From Patescibacteria group bacterium (lineage in GTDB: Bacteria; Patescibacteriota; Patescibacteriia; UBA10025; JAHIVO01), in NCBI GenBank assembly GCA_049325535.1, contig JBMOKY010000001.1, positions 1,008,048-1,072,047 of the forward strand: a DNA stretch of 64,000 nt, given 5' to 3'. A program made the position numbers and the translations under genes. The first letter of the stretch is position 1. Each line of letters starts with the position of its first letter. The notes under the pieces are model-generated. The model was not told the DNA's origin and searched no databases. It worked only from the letters and a program-made list of their open reading frames with translations. Shown here piece by piece: positions 48,269-57,188 of the stretch.

Positions 48269-49672
48269 ATGTCCAAACAAAAATTCCTATTCTGGGCAGA
48301 CATGGTTCATCCCATGGTTCCGCCACCTCGCTACTTCGGCTGCCACCCTGGCTACCAGGCGGCATTTCGCCGCTACTCAAAGAAATCCCGCAGCGTGGCA
48401 GATCGATTCCGCGCCATGGCTGGCCAGGAAATCTCAGTGATGACGTTTGCCGACCCGCGGCATCCGGAAACGGTACTGGTACCCCGCAACCGGCCACTCA
48501 TCGCCACTGACGGGTTTCATGACCCCGCCACCCCCCGACTGCCTTTCTTCTTCAGTTCCTACGACCTCTGGATTGATCAGGACGAGCAACCGCTCTGGCA
48601 AGCACTGCACCATCCGGCACTGTTCCGCATGCAGGGCATCAGTGAACTCGGCGCCCTCATCCCTGATTTCTTTGACCAGGCGCAGTACCTGTACTTTATC
48701 GGCATGCCATTCACCCACAATCGGTGGTCGCACTTGATGCTGGCGGCGGCTATGGCCGATGTGCTGCTGGCCCGCTCCGGATGGGATATCCAGCGACGTG
48801 CCGCGCCAGTACTAACCGTGGCGACGCACGATCTGGCGCTTCCCGCCGGCGGTGACACGGTCAAACGAGTTGATCCACCGGTGCTCGATGAGGAGGCGGC
48901 GTATGCCGAAACATTGGCGCAGTGGGGGCTTGCCGACGGCTGGCGCGTCCGCTTCAATTTCGACGTCACACAGGCATCCGCCTGGGTACGCAATGAAGGC
49001 ATGATCGGGCAACTGCTCGATATCGTAGACAAGCTGTCCTACGTCACCTACGACTGCTACTACGCCGGCTATGCCACTGATGGCGCGATCCGCCGCTGGT
49101 GCGTGCGGCATCCGCTGGTGATGAATGTCTGGCAGGATTGCGGACTTTCGTCCGATGGCACCACCTGGGGTTTTGCCGATGCCGAGCGGCTGTACCATTT
49201 CCTCGTGCTTCGCGCGTTGGAACATGACGAACTGCTGCTCAATCCCGCCTCACGCTTTCTGGATACACACCTATCCACATTCGTTCGCCCGCTGTACCAG
49301 CGGGGGGTGATTACGGCAGCTATGCTGCGCCAGTGGACTGACCAGGAACTGATCTGGTTCCTGGAAAAAAAATACCCGACAGCCGACGTGTCGCTCAATT
49401 CAATCGAACCCGCCCATTTCACCTGGCGACGATTTGCCAGCGCACATCAGCGCCGTGGTTTCATCGATCAGTGCGGACATCCGATCGACCACACCGAAGA
49501 CCGAACTGGATTCAATTCCTGCATCGACTGGCCGGTATTCACCGACCGCGCGCGCAGCAGATGGCGGCCGCTGCATGACTGCATCTCCCAGCCGCGCACT
49601 GATTATCTCCTGCACCTTTCCCGGCGAACCGCCGGATACTATGCCTACTGGAAACGCCCCGCTGTTTCATAA
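48269..49672 (+). CDS. HD-domain phosphohydrolase-like protein (uncharacterised, 467 aa)
   Basis: GGAGG sits 8 nt before the ATG at 48269. The H...H...HD...D pattern is present (FTHNRWSHLMLAAAMA ... VATHDLALPAGGD). Local GC is visibly higher than in the flanking genes. Confidence 0.55.
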   Translation: MSKQKFLFWADMVHPMVPPPRYFGCHPGYQAAFRRYSKKSRSVADRFRAMAGQEISVMTFADPRHPETVLVPRNRPLIATDGFHDPATPRLPFFFSSYDLWIDQDEQPLWQALHHPALFRMQGISELGALIPDFFDQAQYLYFIGMPFTHNRWSHLMLAAAMADVLLARSGWDIQRRAAPVLTVATHDLALPAGGDTVKRVDPPVLDEEAAYAETLAQWGLADGWRVRFNFDVTQASAWVRNEGMIGQLLDIVDKLSYVTYDCYYAGYATDGAIRRWCVRHPLVMNVWQDCGLSSDGTTWGFADAERLYHFLVLRALEHDELLLNPASRFLDTHLSTFVRPLYQRGVITAAMLRQWTDQELIWFLEKKYPTADVSLNSIEPAHFTWRRFASAHQRRGFIDQCGHPIDHTEDRTGFNSCIDWPVFTDRARSRWRPLHDCISQPRTDYLLHLSRRTAGYYAYWKRPAVS

Positions 49673-49730
49673 AACAGAGGGGCGTCTTTTTTTCCTGGGG
49701 TCAGCCCGGAGAACATTCCTTGCTGCAGGC

Positions 49731-49759
49731 TTGACAAAAGCGTTTTTTTGCGCTATACT
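49731..49759 (+). promoter_or_regulatory. Near-consensus sigma70-like promoter (TTGACA - 17 nt - TATACT)
   Basis: TTGACA at 49731-49736 and TATACT at 49754-49759, with an A/T-rich spacer. Confidence 0.5.
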
Positions 49760-49765
49760 AAGGGT

Positions 49766-49880
49766 AGAAAACAAAAATAAAAAGGAAAAATACGTTCCTT
49801 CCCATTCGGGGACAATCGCTTACCACGATTTCACGAGTCAATCTCGCGGGCTGATGGTAGCGATTGTCCCCTGTTTTCTT
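49766..49880 (+). ncRNA. Candidate small RNA (~115 nt) bounded by the promoter above and an intrinsic terminator
   Basis: A 16-bp terminal stem GGGGACAAUCGCUUACC / GGUAGCGAUUGUCCCC (49808-49824 / 49856-49871) is followed by UGUUUUCUU. An internal hairpin CGAG-ucaau-CUCG is present. No ORF with an RBS. Confidence 0.4.
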
Positions 49881-49884
49881 ATAT

Positions 49885-49918
49885 ATAAAAAAGGCGCACG
49901 AGTGGTGTATCGCGCGCC
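49885..49918 (-). terminator. Intrinsic terminator for the minus-strand gene 49943-50566
   Basis: On the minus strand GGCGCGCG...CGUGCGCC hairpin followed by UUUUUU. Confidence 0.55.
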
Positions 49919-49942
49919 GAACATATGATGTGCAGATATTGA

Positions 49943-50566
49943 CTACCGATGAATGACATCGGTCAGGTTCCGAACCCGCCGGGACTTCTCTTTCTTGGGC
50001 GACCCCTCGATGATCCCTTCTTCGGCGGCTCCCAGGAACGCCTGGAATACTTCGATGCGCAGCTGCGGGAGCTGGCGCTGGTGCGGATACTTCACCCGCA
50101 ATGCCTCGGCTTGCGCCGCTGCCGCCGAAACCTGTTCAATGGTCACGTTGACGTGCTGAAGCGCACGCCACCACTGGTCCAGATGCGGATCGGCATCGCC
50201 CAACGCCAGACGCATGGCATAGCGGGAAAGCGTGCACTGCTGCACTTTTTCCTCAGGGAATCCCAGCACCTGCAACTCGTCCATGAGCGCCAGCACCCGG
50301 GCTTCATCCAACTTCGGATCCAGCATAGCCAGATCCAGTTCCTGAAATTTCGCCTGCGCCTGATCGAGACGCTGGCGCTCCGCGTCGAACATGAGGTCGA
50401 CGGGGTCATGAGCAAATGGATGGGCGATTCCCTGTTCTTCGTGTTCCTGATGTTCCTGATTTGGACGTCGAGTCATCCGATGACTCCTTTCCTGTTTGGT
50501 TTTTTTGGTTGCTGTTTTGAAAGGTGCTACGGTTTCTATTTGTTCTTCAACTGAGCAAAATACCAC
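49943..50566 (-). CDS. Hypothetical protein (207 aa; acidic, helical)
   Basis: ORF with terminator; I recognise no family. Confidence 0.45.
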   Translation of the reverse strand: MVFCSVEEQIETVAPFKTATKKTKQERSHRMTRRPNQEHQEHEEQGIAHPFAHDPVDLMFDAERQRLDQAQAKFQELDLAMLDPKLDEARVLALMDELQVLGFPEEKVQQCTLSRYAMRLALGDADPHLDQWWRALQHVNVTIEQVSAAAAQAEALRVKYPHQRQLPQLRIEVFQAFLGAAEEGIIEGSPKKEKSRRVRNLTDVIHR

Positions 50567-50748
50567 CGATACGACAAATTGTCAAGGGATATAACCTTGA
50601 CACCATGTTTACCATACGATAGACTACCCTGACCTCTGTCCATATCATCTGGCTAATATGGTACAGACGGGTTGCTGTTTTCTTCTTGGCCGCCTTTTCC
50701 TGGACGGTCCCTGCCGGGGGTTCACATCATAGAACTCCCGGCCTTTTT

Positions 50749-51855
50749 TTATCCGATCCGCAGCGCCACGATCTCCGGAAAATTGCCGGTGCGCATCGGC
50801 GGTCCCCACGTCCCCACTCCCGGCGACGTATACAGCGTCATTTGTTTGATGGTGGAACGGCGATAATGAAATCGACCATAAATTTTCTGAGTGATAGCGG
50901 CAAAGGGCCACAGCTGGCCTTTGTGGGTGTGGCCGCACAACATAAGGGAGGCTCCTCGATCTGCCGCACGCGCAACCGCATCCGGCACCGGTTCGTGCAG
51001 CAGCACGATGCTCGGTCGGGAAGGATCGAGACGGTCAATAATCGAACCGAGGTCTTTTTCCTTGCCCGGCAAATGGTATTCGACGCCCATTACCTGGACC
51101 CCGGCTACGTCGACGATCTCGTCGTGAAGTACCCGCATCGGTAATTCTTTCAGCGCAGCAAATACTTTTTCCACGCCGACATACGTCTCATGATTGCCGG
51201 TAATGAAATACATGCCCATCGGCGGCCGTAGTTCCTGTAGCGGATTTGCCATCAACCCGAGCTCCTGGCCAACCCCATCATACAGATCGCCCGTGATGAA
51301 AATGATGTCAGGATGAAGCGCTTTGGTCAGCGTCACCACCCGACGCATAAATTTGATATGATGTACCACTCCCAAATGCACATCCGATAACTGCACGATG
51401 GTTTTCCCGCGCCATGATTCAGGGAATCGATCTGCGGGCAGCGACACCCGCCGCACCCGGGGAAACTGCGCATTCCATACCCCATACCCGGCATACCCGA
51501 GCGCCCCGCCGACTGCCACGATGCCGATCCACTCGCGCCAAGCAGCTAGCGGCAGCAACCAAACGATCAGCAAACCGACGCTGCAGGCTATAGCCAAATA
51601 GAGCGCCAAGCCAAGCCAGGTCGCCACCACCGTGTAAACCCAACTGGTCAGCCAGTTTTCCCGGATATGCACCAGGTACATGCTGGGTAAAAAACCGACG
51701 GCGAACAAACCAAACAGCACGGCCAATATGATTTGGATCGCCTCGGTGGTGATATCCAAAAGAAAAATCACGCTGAACCACAGCCAGGCGTGAGCGGCCA
51801 GCAGTATAGTGGCGGCGACAATGGTCAGAATGGCAACGAGTGTCCGTCGGGTCAT
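50749..51855 (-). CDS. Membrane-anchored calcineurin-like metallophosphoesterase
   Basis: About four N-terminal TM helices, then a phosphoesterase domain with GDLYDG, GNHE and GHTH motifs. Confidence 0.7.
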   Translation of the reverse strand: MTRRTLVAILTIVAATILLAAHAWLWFSVIFLLDITTEAIQIILAVLFGLFAVGFLPSMYLVHIRENWLTSWVYTVVATWLGLALYLAIACSVGLLIVWLLPLAAWREWIGIVAVGGALGYAGYGVWNAQFPRVRRVSLPADRFPESWRGKTIVQLSDVHLGVVHHIKFMRRVVTLTKALHPDIIFITGDLYDGVGQELGLMANPLQELRPPMGMYFITGNHETYVGVEKVFAALKELPMRVLHDEIVDVAGVQVMGVEYHLPGKEKDLGSIIDRLDPSRPSIVLLHEPVPDAVARAADRGASLMLCGHTHKGQLWPFAAITQKIYGRFHYRRSTIKQMTLYTSPGVGTWGPPMRTGNFPEIVALRIG

Positions 51856-51963
51856 AGAGAGTGGGTCAGGTGTGTCCTCCAGTATAGCGGCTTTTTACCA
51901 ATAAAAAAAGTGGCCGACCCAGAGGATCAGCCACCTACGGATATCCGGCGGCGATAGCCGGTT

Positions 51964-52872
51964 TCAGGCGAGGGTAATACCCCGCGATGTCAGATAGGCA
52001 CCGATTGCCCGATCAATCAGCGCAGCCGTCTCAGACGGTAACTGCTGGTAGAAATACTCCACCAGCATACTGGGCGCACCCGTTTCCACGATTGCATCCA
52101 GTACCTCGCGCAGATTGACATCGTACAACCAGCTCAAGAGGTACAGCATGTACCCCTCATAGCTGCGCATCCGTTTGCGATCGAGCACCTGGCGCCCGGT
52201 GAAAGCTTGCAGGAAATCCTCCGGATCGATGGATCCGGTTTCTCCCCGCAATCCGTGCTGCCGTATCTCCCCCGATTTCTTGTCCCCATCATAGAGATAT
52301 GAACGGGTTCGGTCGCGGAAGATGAGATACTTATCAGCATCCCGAAGCAGGCACGTGAAGAGCAGGGTGGTAGACACGTGCCGATCCCGCAAATCACCCA
52401 CCGCGACCGGCGAATACGACCCGACGTGGTGGCGGATGACGAATTCAATCAGGTGCCGAGTCTGATCGGAGAAACTATCCAGCGCGCCCCACGACTGAAG
52501 GATCAGGACCGACTGCTCGGCATGATCACCGCAGTAGGAGATACCGTCGGGCAGCGTACCGAGAGTATGAGCGCCCTCAATGACCCGACCGAGATCATGC
52601 ACCCGGAAAATGAACTCCAATAACCGGAAATTCACCGGGCAGATAACCCCGCGGAATCGGTCAACGATCGGCTGCTTCGCCTCGTGCGCCCGGGTCATAT
52701 GTTCTTGTTTGCCCGCTTTCCACATGTGGTCGTCGGGCAACAGCTGAAACAAGTCGTCTTGGCGACCTGCCACCACTGCCAGTGCCTGATCGATGTCCTG
52801 ATCAGTGCACAGCGGCTGGTCATCATAGTGCAACCTGCCGCTGATCATTTGAATCTCCACCATGTTAGACAT
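51964..52872 (-). CDS. HD-domain phosphohydrolase (uncharacterised)
   Basis: HD motifs HDLGRV, GDHAE, IRHHVG and DADKY. The likely start (MSNMVEIQ) is preceded by AAGGGAG; the longest ORF extends to 53007. Confidence 0.6.
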   Translation of the reverse strand: MSNMVEIQMISGRLHYDDQPLCTDQDIDQALAVVAGRQDDLFQLLPDDHMWKAGKQEHMTRAHEAKQPIVDRFRGVICPVNFRLLEFIFRVHDLGRVIEGAHTLGTLPDGISYCGDHAEQSVLILQSWGALDSFSDQTRHLIEFVIRHHVGSYSPVAVGDLRDRHVSTTLLFTCLLRDADKYLIFRDRTRSYLYDGDKKSGEIRQHGLRGETGSIDPEDFLQAFTGRQVLDRKRMRSYEGYMLYLLSWLYDVNLREVLDAIVETGAPSMLVEYFYQQLPSETAALIDRAIGAYLTSRGITLA

Positions 52873-53034
52873 GCTCCCTTTCCCGAAAAAATGGTTGTAT
52901 ATATCAGTGAAATCTATAGGCACATCCGGCACGCCAGATGGGTACCGTAAAATAGTAAGGTGCAAAAAATAACCACCCATGCTACCACATCGGGTCCCAT
53001 CTGTCAAGATGCCCTTCAGCGACGCACTGATACA

Positions 53035-55185
53035 TCAATCGGAGCGTCGCCGCTGCTGCCGCTCCCGGATCACATAGGCAGCGATGCCCGCGCCGATAGC
53101 TACCGCCGCTCCAATCAAATAATACACCACCGCTCGCTGTCCGGCCGGCGCTGGCACGACTACCGACGGCTGATCCGTACTGGCACCCAACACGTCTCCG
53201 GTCGATACGGCGATGGATGAGGGAATAGATATGTCGTCCTGAGTGCGGGGCAATAAACGCAAGCCGGCGCTCGTCTTATCCAATACCCCAGTGACGGTAA
53301 CCAGATCGCCCGGATTGAGTTCCGGTTGAACGATACCCGTCTTGGCCTGAATATATACGCGGAGGACATTGCCATCCTCATCCATCAAATAAATCCCCCG
53401 ACTATTTGCCCGATCCACGGTGCCGGTCACCTGCAGCAGCTGACCGATCATCTCGTCCGTCACCTCGCCAATGCCAACCTGGCGGAGTTCCAGTGATGCG
53501 GTGGAGACGTCAGTGCCCATGCCCTCCGCGTCCTCAGCGGGTGGCACTATTTCATTTTCCGCGCCCGGCGTCAGCACCTCGGTCCACTCCCACCGGCCAT
53601 CGGCAAACGCAAACGCATAGTCCTTTGGTGCCTTGGGAATGGTAACGCCGTGAATGATAGTGCCGGCTGGATCAACCAGATATAATTGTTCACCGGAATT
53701 GTTCAGGGTTATCTTGCTTTCCACCCGCTCAACCACCAGAAAAGCGCCAGCTGGGACCGTGCTATCATCACCAAATGTAAAATATCGCGATCCATCCGTC
53801 AGCTGCCACCCATCGAGCGATACGTCCCTGTCGCCGCTGTTATGCAGTTCAATAAACTCGCACACACTATCGCTCGGCATACAGCTGGGCAATACTTCGG
53901 AAATGATGATGGCATCGGAATAATCATAGTCCGAAACAATAATGTCCGTCCGTGTCATGTGTGTTGCGCCGTGCTCATCGGTCACCGTCAACGACACGCG
54001 AAACGCGCCAGCCCGTGTGTACGCATGGGTGGGCTTCTTTTCCGCTGACGTCTGGCCATCGCCAAAATCCCAGGCATAAATCAGTTCATCCGCATCACTA
54101 TCATTGCTTTCTCCACCATCGAAGGTGATATCATGGCGGACTTTTACTTCTGTGGCTGATGCCTGTATCACCGCTTCGGGAGGAGTATTGGAAATGATAT
54201 GTCGGTTTACTGCTCCGGGAGTCATTGCGTCAGTCCATTGCCATACATCCCCAATCAAACTATACGATTGCCCCTCATGAGAACCAGTATACGCTACACT
54301 CTCTACCTCGGTATTGTCCGGCCAGTACAATCGGACAGAGTCGGCGGTATTGTTGAGTGCAATGCCAGTGAGAGATTTAGGTAATACCAGATAGGATAGT
54401 GCCGCGATGGTTGGATTACTTATCGCATATCGCCGCGAACTATTGTCTCCAATTTTCCATCCAGTCAAATCGACTGCCACGGTACCGCGATTAAATAATT
54501 CGATGAATTCAGTGTCATCAGTACCCACCGGGTCCGGGAGAAATTCAGAAATGCATACGGTCGTGGCATATGCGATCGGTTCGTCATCAGCCGTCGCATC
54601 CGCCACAGGTACATATGAAGTATTATGGGGCTGGGGAACATCGAGGGTGGAAAAATCAGCGGCATTATTGTCAGTATCGATGCCGTCGGTACGCACAATA
54701 CTTTTATTGCTCCCCGGGTTCGCTGCCGGCGCTGATTCAGCGTGCGTAGCAGAACCAAACCCCACCAGATCGACAATACCGCCATCGGCATCAATCAACT
54801 CCACAGAGTTATTATCGGCCATCGAGTTGCCGCTCGAATAGGTAATATCAGGCTCGGCCGTGCCGAGATAACCAGTAGGATGCGTGATGAGAAAATAATG
54901 CCCTGGCGGAATAATCATGCCTGTAAATGAGTCAACCAGTACATACGCCGTACCACTGCTCGTCCGCTTCACCATTGACCATCCATCCAGAACAACATCG
55001 CTGCCGGTCGGATTATAGAGCTCGATAAATTCGTTGGTGCTCTGTCCACTCGATCCGCTCACCATTACTTGGTTAATAACTACATGGGTAGTTTCAGCTG
55101 CCATTAATCTGCTAGGCATTGCCAGAAATAATAAGAGAAATAAGGCGAGACGGGACTTGAAAGGTTGAAAGGATAAATAGTTCAT
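53035..55185 (-). CDS. Cell-surface protein with three lamin-tail (LTD) domains and a PKD domain, C-terminal TM anchor
   Basis: Signal peptide, then three LTD signatures (NEFIELYNPTGSDVVLDGW; TEFIELFNRGTVAVDLTGW; CEFIELHNSGDRDVSLDGW). A PKD-like block follows (WDFGDGQTSAEKKPTHAYTRAGAFRVSLTVTDEHG). The C-terminal TM is VVYYLIGAAVAIGAGIAAYVI followed by a basic tail. Confidence 0.7.
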   Translation of the reverse strand: MNYLSFQPFKSRLALFLLLFLAMPSRLMAAETTHVVINQVMVSGSSGQSTNEFIELYNPTGSDVVLDGWSMVKRTSSGTAYVLVDSFTGMIIPPGHYFLITHPTGYLGTAEPDITYSSGNSMADNNSVELIDADGGIVDLVGFGSATHAESAPAANPGSNKSIVRTDGIDTDNNAADFSTLDVPQPHNTSYVPVADATADDEPIAYATTVCISEFLPDPVGTDDTEFIELFNRGTVAVDLTGWKIGDNSSRRYAISNPTIAALSYLVLPKSLTGIALNNTADSVRLYWPDNTEVESVAYTGSHEGQSYSLIGDVWQWTDAMTPGAVNRHIISNTPPEAVIQASATEVKVRHDITFDGGESNDSDADELIYAWDFGDGQTSAEKKPTHAYTRAGAFRVSLTVTDEHGATHMTRTDIIVSDYDYSDAIIISEVLPSCMPSDSVCEFIELHNSGDRDVSLDGWQLTDGSRYFTFGDDSTVPAGAFLVVERVESKITLNNSGEQLYLVDPAGTIIHGVTIPKAPKDYAFAFADGRWEWTEVLTPGAENEIVPPAEDAEGMGTDVSTASLELRQVGIGEVTDEMIGQLLQVTGTVDRANSRGIYLMDEDGNVLRVYIQAKTGIVQPELNPGDLVTVTGVLDKTSAGLRLLPRTQDDISIPSSIAVSTGDVLGASTDQPSVVVPAPAGQRAVVYYLIGAAVAIGAGIAAYVIRERQQRRRSD

Positions 55186-55200
55186 ATGAGGACAAGAAAA

Positions 55201-55593
55201 CTATTCGTTTCTTTTTAATTCAAGGGAGTAGATTAAACGGTCAAATAAGTACATGGTTTTCATGGCGAGGGCATTAAAGGCGTCATATTCCTCTTCAGTT
55301 ATATACCCCTTTCGTAATAGCCGGCGTATGCGCTCATTTACCTCACCCAGAGAGCGCCGGCCATACCGAAGGAATCGAATGTAATCACCGATCGTACCGC
55401 TGTAGTACCCTTCCACAAAATTTGCACCTACACTATCCGAAGCGCTATCTATCTGACTCCGCATTTTGTATTCATTACGAGGGACGTGCTGTAAAATCTT
55501 TTGCACAGAAAAATCAAGTTGATCTATATTCTTCCATACTATCATCCGCTGGTGCCCCGCTATCCGTGTCCCCTGCTTCCCCTCTTCGGCCAT
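55201..55593 (-). CDS. Four-helix-bundle protein (23S rRNA intervening-sequence protein family)
   Basis: QIDSASDSVGANFVEGYY and the overall 130-aa helical layout match the IVS-protein / four-helix-bundle family. Confidence 0.65.
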   Translation of the reverse strand: MAEEGKQGTRIAGHQRMIVWKNIDQLDFSVQKILQHVPRNEYKMRSQIDSASDSVGANFVEGYYSGTIGDYIRFLRYGRRSLGEVNERIRRLLRKGYITEEEYDAFNALAMKTMYLFDRLIYSLELKRNE

Positions 55594-55687
55594 ATAAAAC
55601 CTATTGCCCTTAAATCATTATTCCCTTTCTTCCGGGTCGTACCGAGACCTTCCCCAAGAACGATACGACCCGGGAGAAAAGGAGTGA

Positions 55688-56113
55688 TTACTCCTTTTCC
55701 GAAACCGGAACTTTGTTAACGTCGATTTCCTCGACTACGATTTCATCGTTGACCTTATTGGTTTCCTCTTCCGATTTTTTCTTCGCACCGCCGAGCATCA
55801 CCAGATTTTCCATGATGATTTCCGTGCGGTAGTGTTTTTGCTGATCCTTTCCCTGCCAGTTGCGGGTGTGGATACGGCCATCCAGATAGATGCGGTCGCC
55901 CTTTTTCAGGTATTTGCCGACCACCTCGCCCAGCCGTCCCCAGGCCACCACCGGTAAAAATTCCGTGGACTCCTGACGCTGTTTCGATTTGGCATCGACC
56001 CAGCGATGGCTGGTGGCGACGCGGAACGACGCGACTGACTGGCCTGACGGCAATGACCGGATTTCCGGATCCACCGCCAGATTGCCTATTACCTGCGCTT
56101 TGTTGAGATTCAT
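55688..56113 (-). CDS. ssb: Single-stranded DNA-binding protein
   Basis: OB-fold N-terminus MNLNKAQVIGNLAVDPEIRSLPSGQSVASFRVA and an acidic C-terminal tip. Confidence 0.9.
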   Translation of the reverse strand: MNLNKAQVIGNLAVDPEIRSLPSGQSVASFRVATSHRWVDAKSKQRQESTEFLPVVAWGRLGEVVGKYLKKGDRIYLDGRIHTRNWQGKDQQKHYRTEIIMENLVMLGGAKKKSEEETNKVNDEIVVEEIDVNKVPVSEKE

Positions 56114-56157
56114 AGGTCCTTTCTTTTTAGTTGTTTAATGTTCCCACTGTCATGCGC

Positions 56158-56185
56158 GCTTGACAGTTTTTGATAAATTATTACA
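56158..56185 (+). promoter_or_regulatory. Candidate sigma70-like promoter (TTGACA - 16 nt - TACAAT) with no obvious downstream gene
   Basis: TTGACA at 56158-56163 and TACAAT at 56180-56185. Downstream are ~180 nt with no ORF carrying an RBS, ending at a GACCT...AGGTC hairpin + GUGUUUUUGGUUU (56326-56360). Confidence 0.35.
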
Positions 56186-56363
56186 ATGCAAACAAGCTCA
56201 AGAAACTTAAAAACCCGACACGTACTCAAACTGTGTGATCCGAACACACCTTTACCGAGGTTGCTCAGGATGGCACAGACCTTGTTAGGTTTTTTATTCT
56301 TACGACGAGCGCCAAAAACCCGACTGACCTACACCAAGACTAAGGTCGTGTTTTTGGTTTGTG

Positions 56364-57176
56364 TTACTCATTTACTTCTAAAGAACGAACAATGGAGTTA
56401 AACATCTGCGCATCATGGGTATCAGCTTGGAATCCTTCAATTTGTCCCGCATTAATTTTACTCACGTATGCCTCAAACTCATCAGGTTGTATTTGCACTG
56501 AATAATTTTCCGCAGGAACATACCCAAATATGATTTGTTTGGCTGGATTGCTAATACTCTGTAGATAAACCTCCTGTACTATTTGGCCACTACCTTCAAC
56601 CCCATAATCCGGAACAAATTGGTAATATGAAAACCCACGAAACCCGTTCGGTGGATTTTCTAATATGCCGCACCCGCCATACTTATAATTAGTTATGGCC
56701 ACTAACCCCCCACAAAACTGACTTATGTCACCCTGGAATTGCGGCTCTTTCAATAATGAGAAAATGCGTTCCGTGGCACAGAATGACGTCTGTGTATCAT
56801 AGCTTATCCACAAGCCAAACGTCGATCCAGCGGGCACATCCACTACCCTGCACGCATTATCTATTTGATATTCTCCCTCACCACTATTATATGCGGCTAC
56901 TTGCGCCTCGGTCATCTGAAAATACGATGTTGGCAATTCTATACTAATGCCAACCTGAGGAAATAATAATGTTCCATACGTTGAATTCGGCTCAAACCTA
57001 ATAACATCACTCACAGTTTCCGCGGTATTGGTCACCGGTTGATTCGTGCTGATGGGGACATTTTTTTCATCGACCACCATAACATATATCACCCCAAATA
57101 TTAAGATCGTGATGGCTGTGCTGATAATTATTATATTTCTTTTCATACTCATTTTTTTAAATTGTGGGGTGGTCAT
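56364..57176 (-). CDS. Hypothetical secreted/membrane-anchored protein (270 aa), AT-rich island
   Basis: N-terminal hydrophobic anchor NIIIISTAITILIFGVIYVMVV. I recognise no family. Confidence 0.5.
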   Translation of the reverse strand: MTTPQFKKMSMKRNIIIISTAITILIFGVIYVMVVDEKNVPISTNQPVTNTAETVSDVIRFEPNSTYGTLLFPQVGISIELPTSYFQMTEAQVAAYNSGEGEYQIDNACRVVDVPAGSTFGLWISYDTQTSFCATERIFSLLKEPQFQGDISQFCGGLVAITNYKYGGCGILENPPNGFRGFSYYQFVPDYGVEGSGQIVQEVYLQSISNPAKQIIFGYVPAENYSVQIQPDEFEAYVSKINAGQIEGFQADTHDAQMFNSIVRSLEVNE

Positions 57177-57188
57177 ATATTCAGATAG

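Noticed and set aside
55594-55687. 10-bp inverted repeat CCGGGTCGTA...TACGACCCGG between ssb and the IVS-protein gene
   Set aside because: Hairpin is possible, but no U-tract on either strand. It cannot be distinguished from a fortuitous spacer structure.
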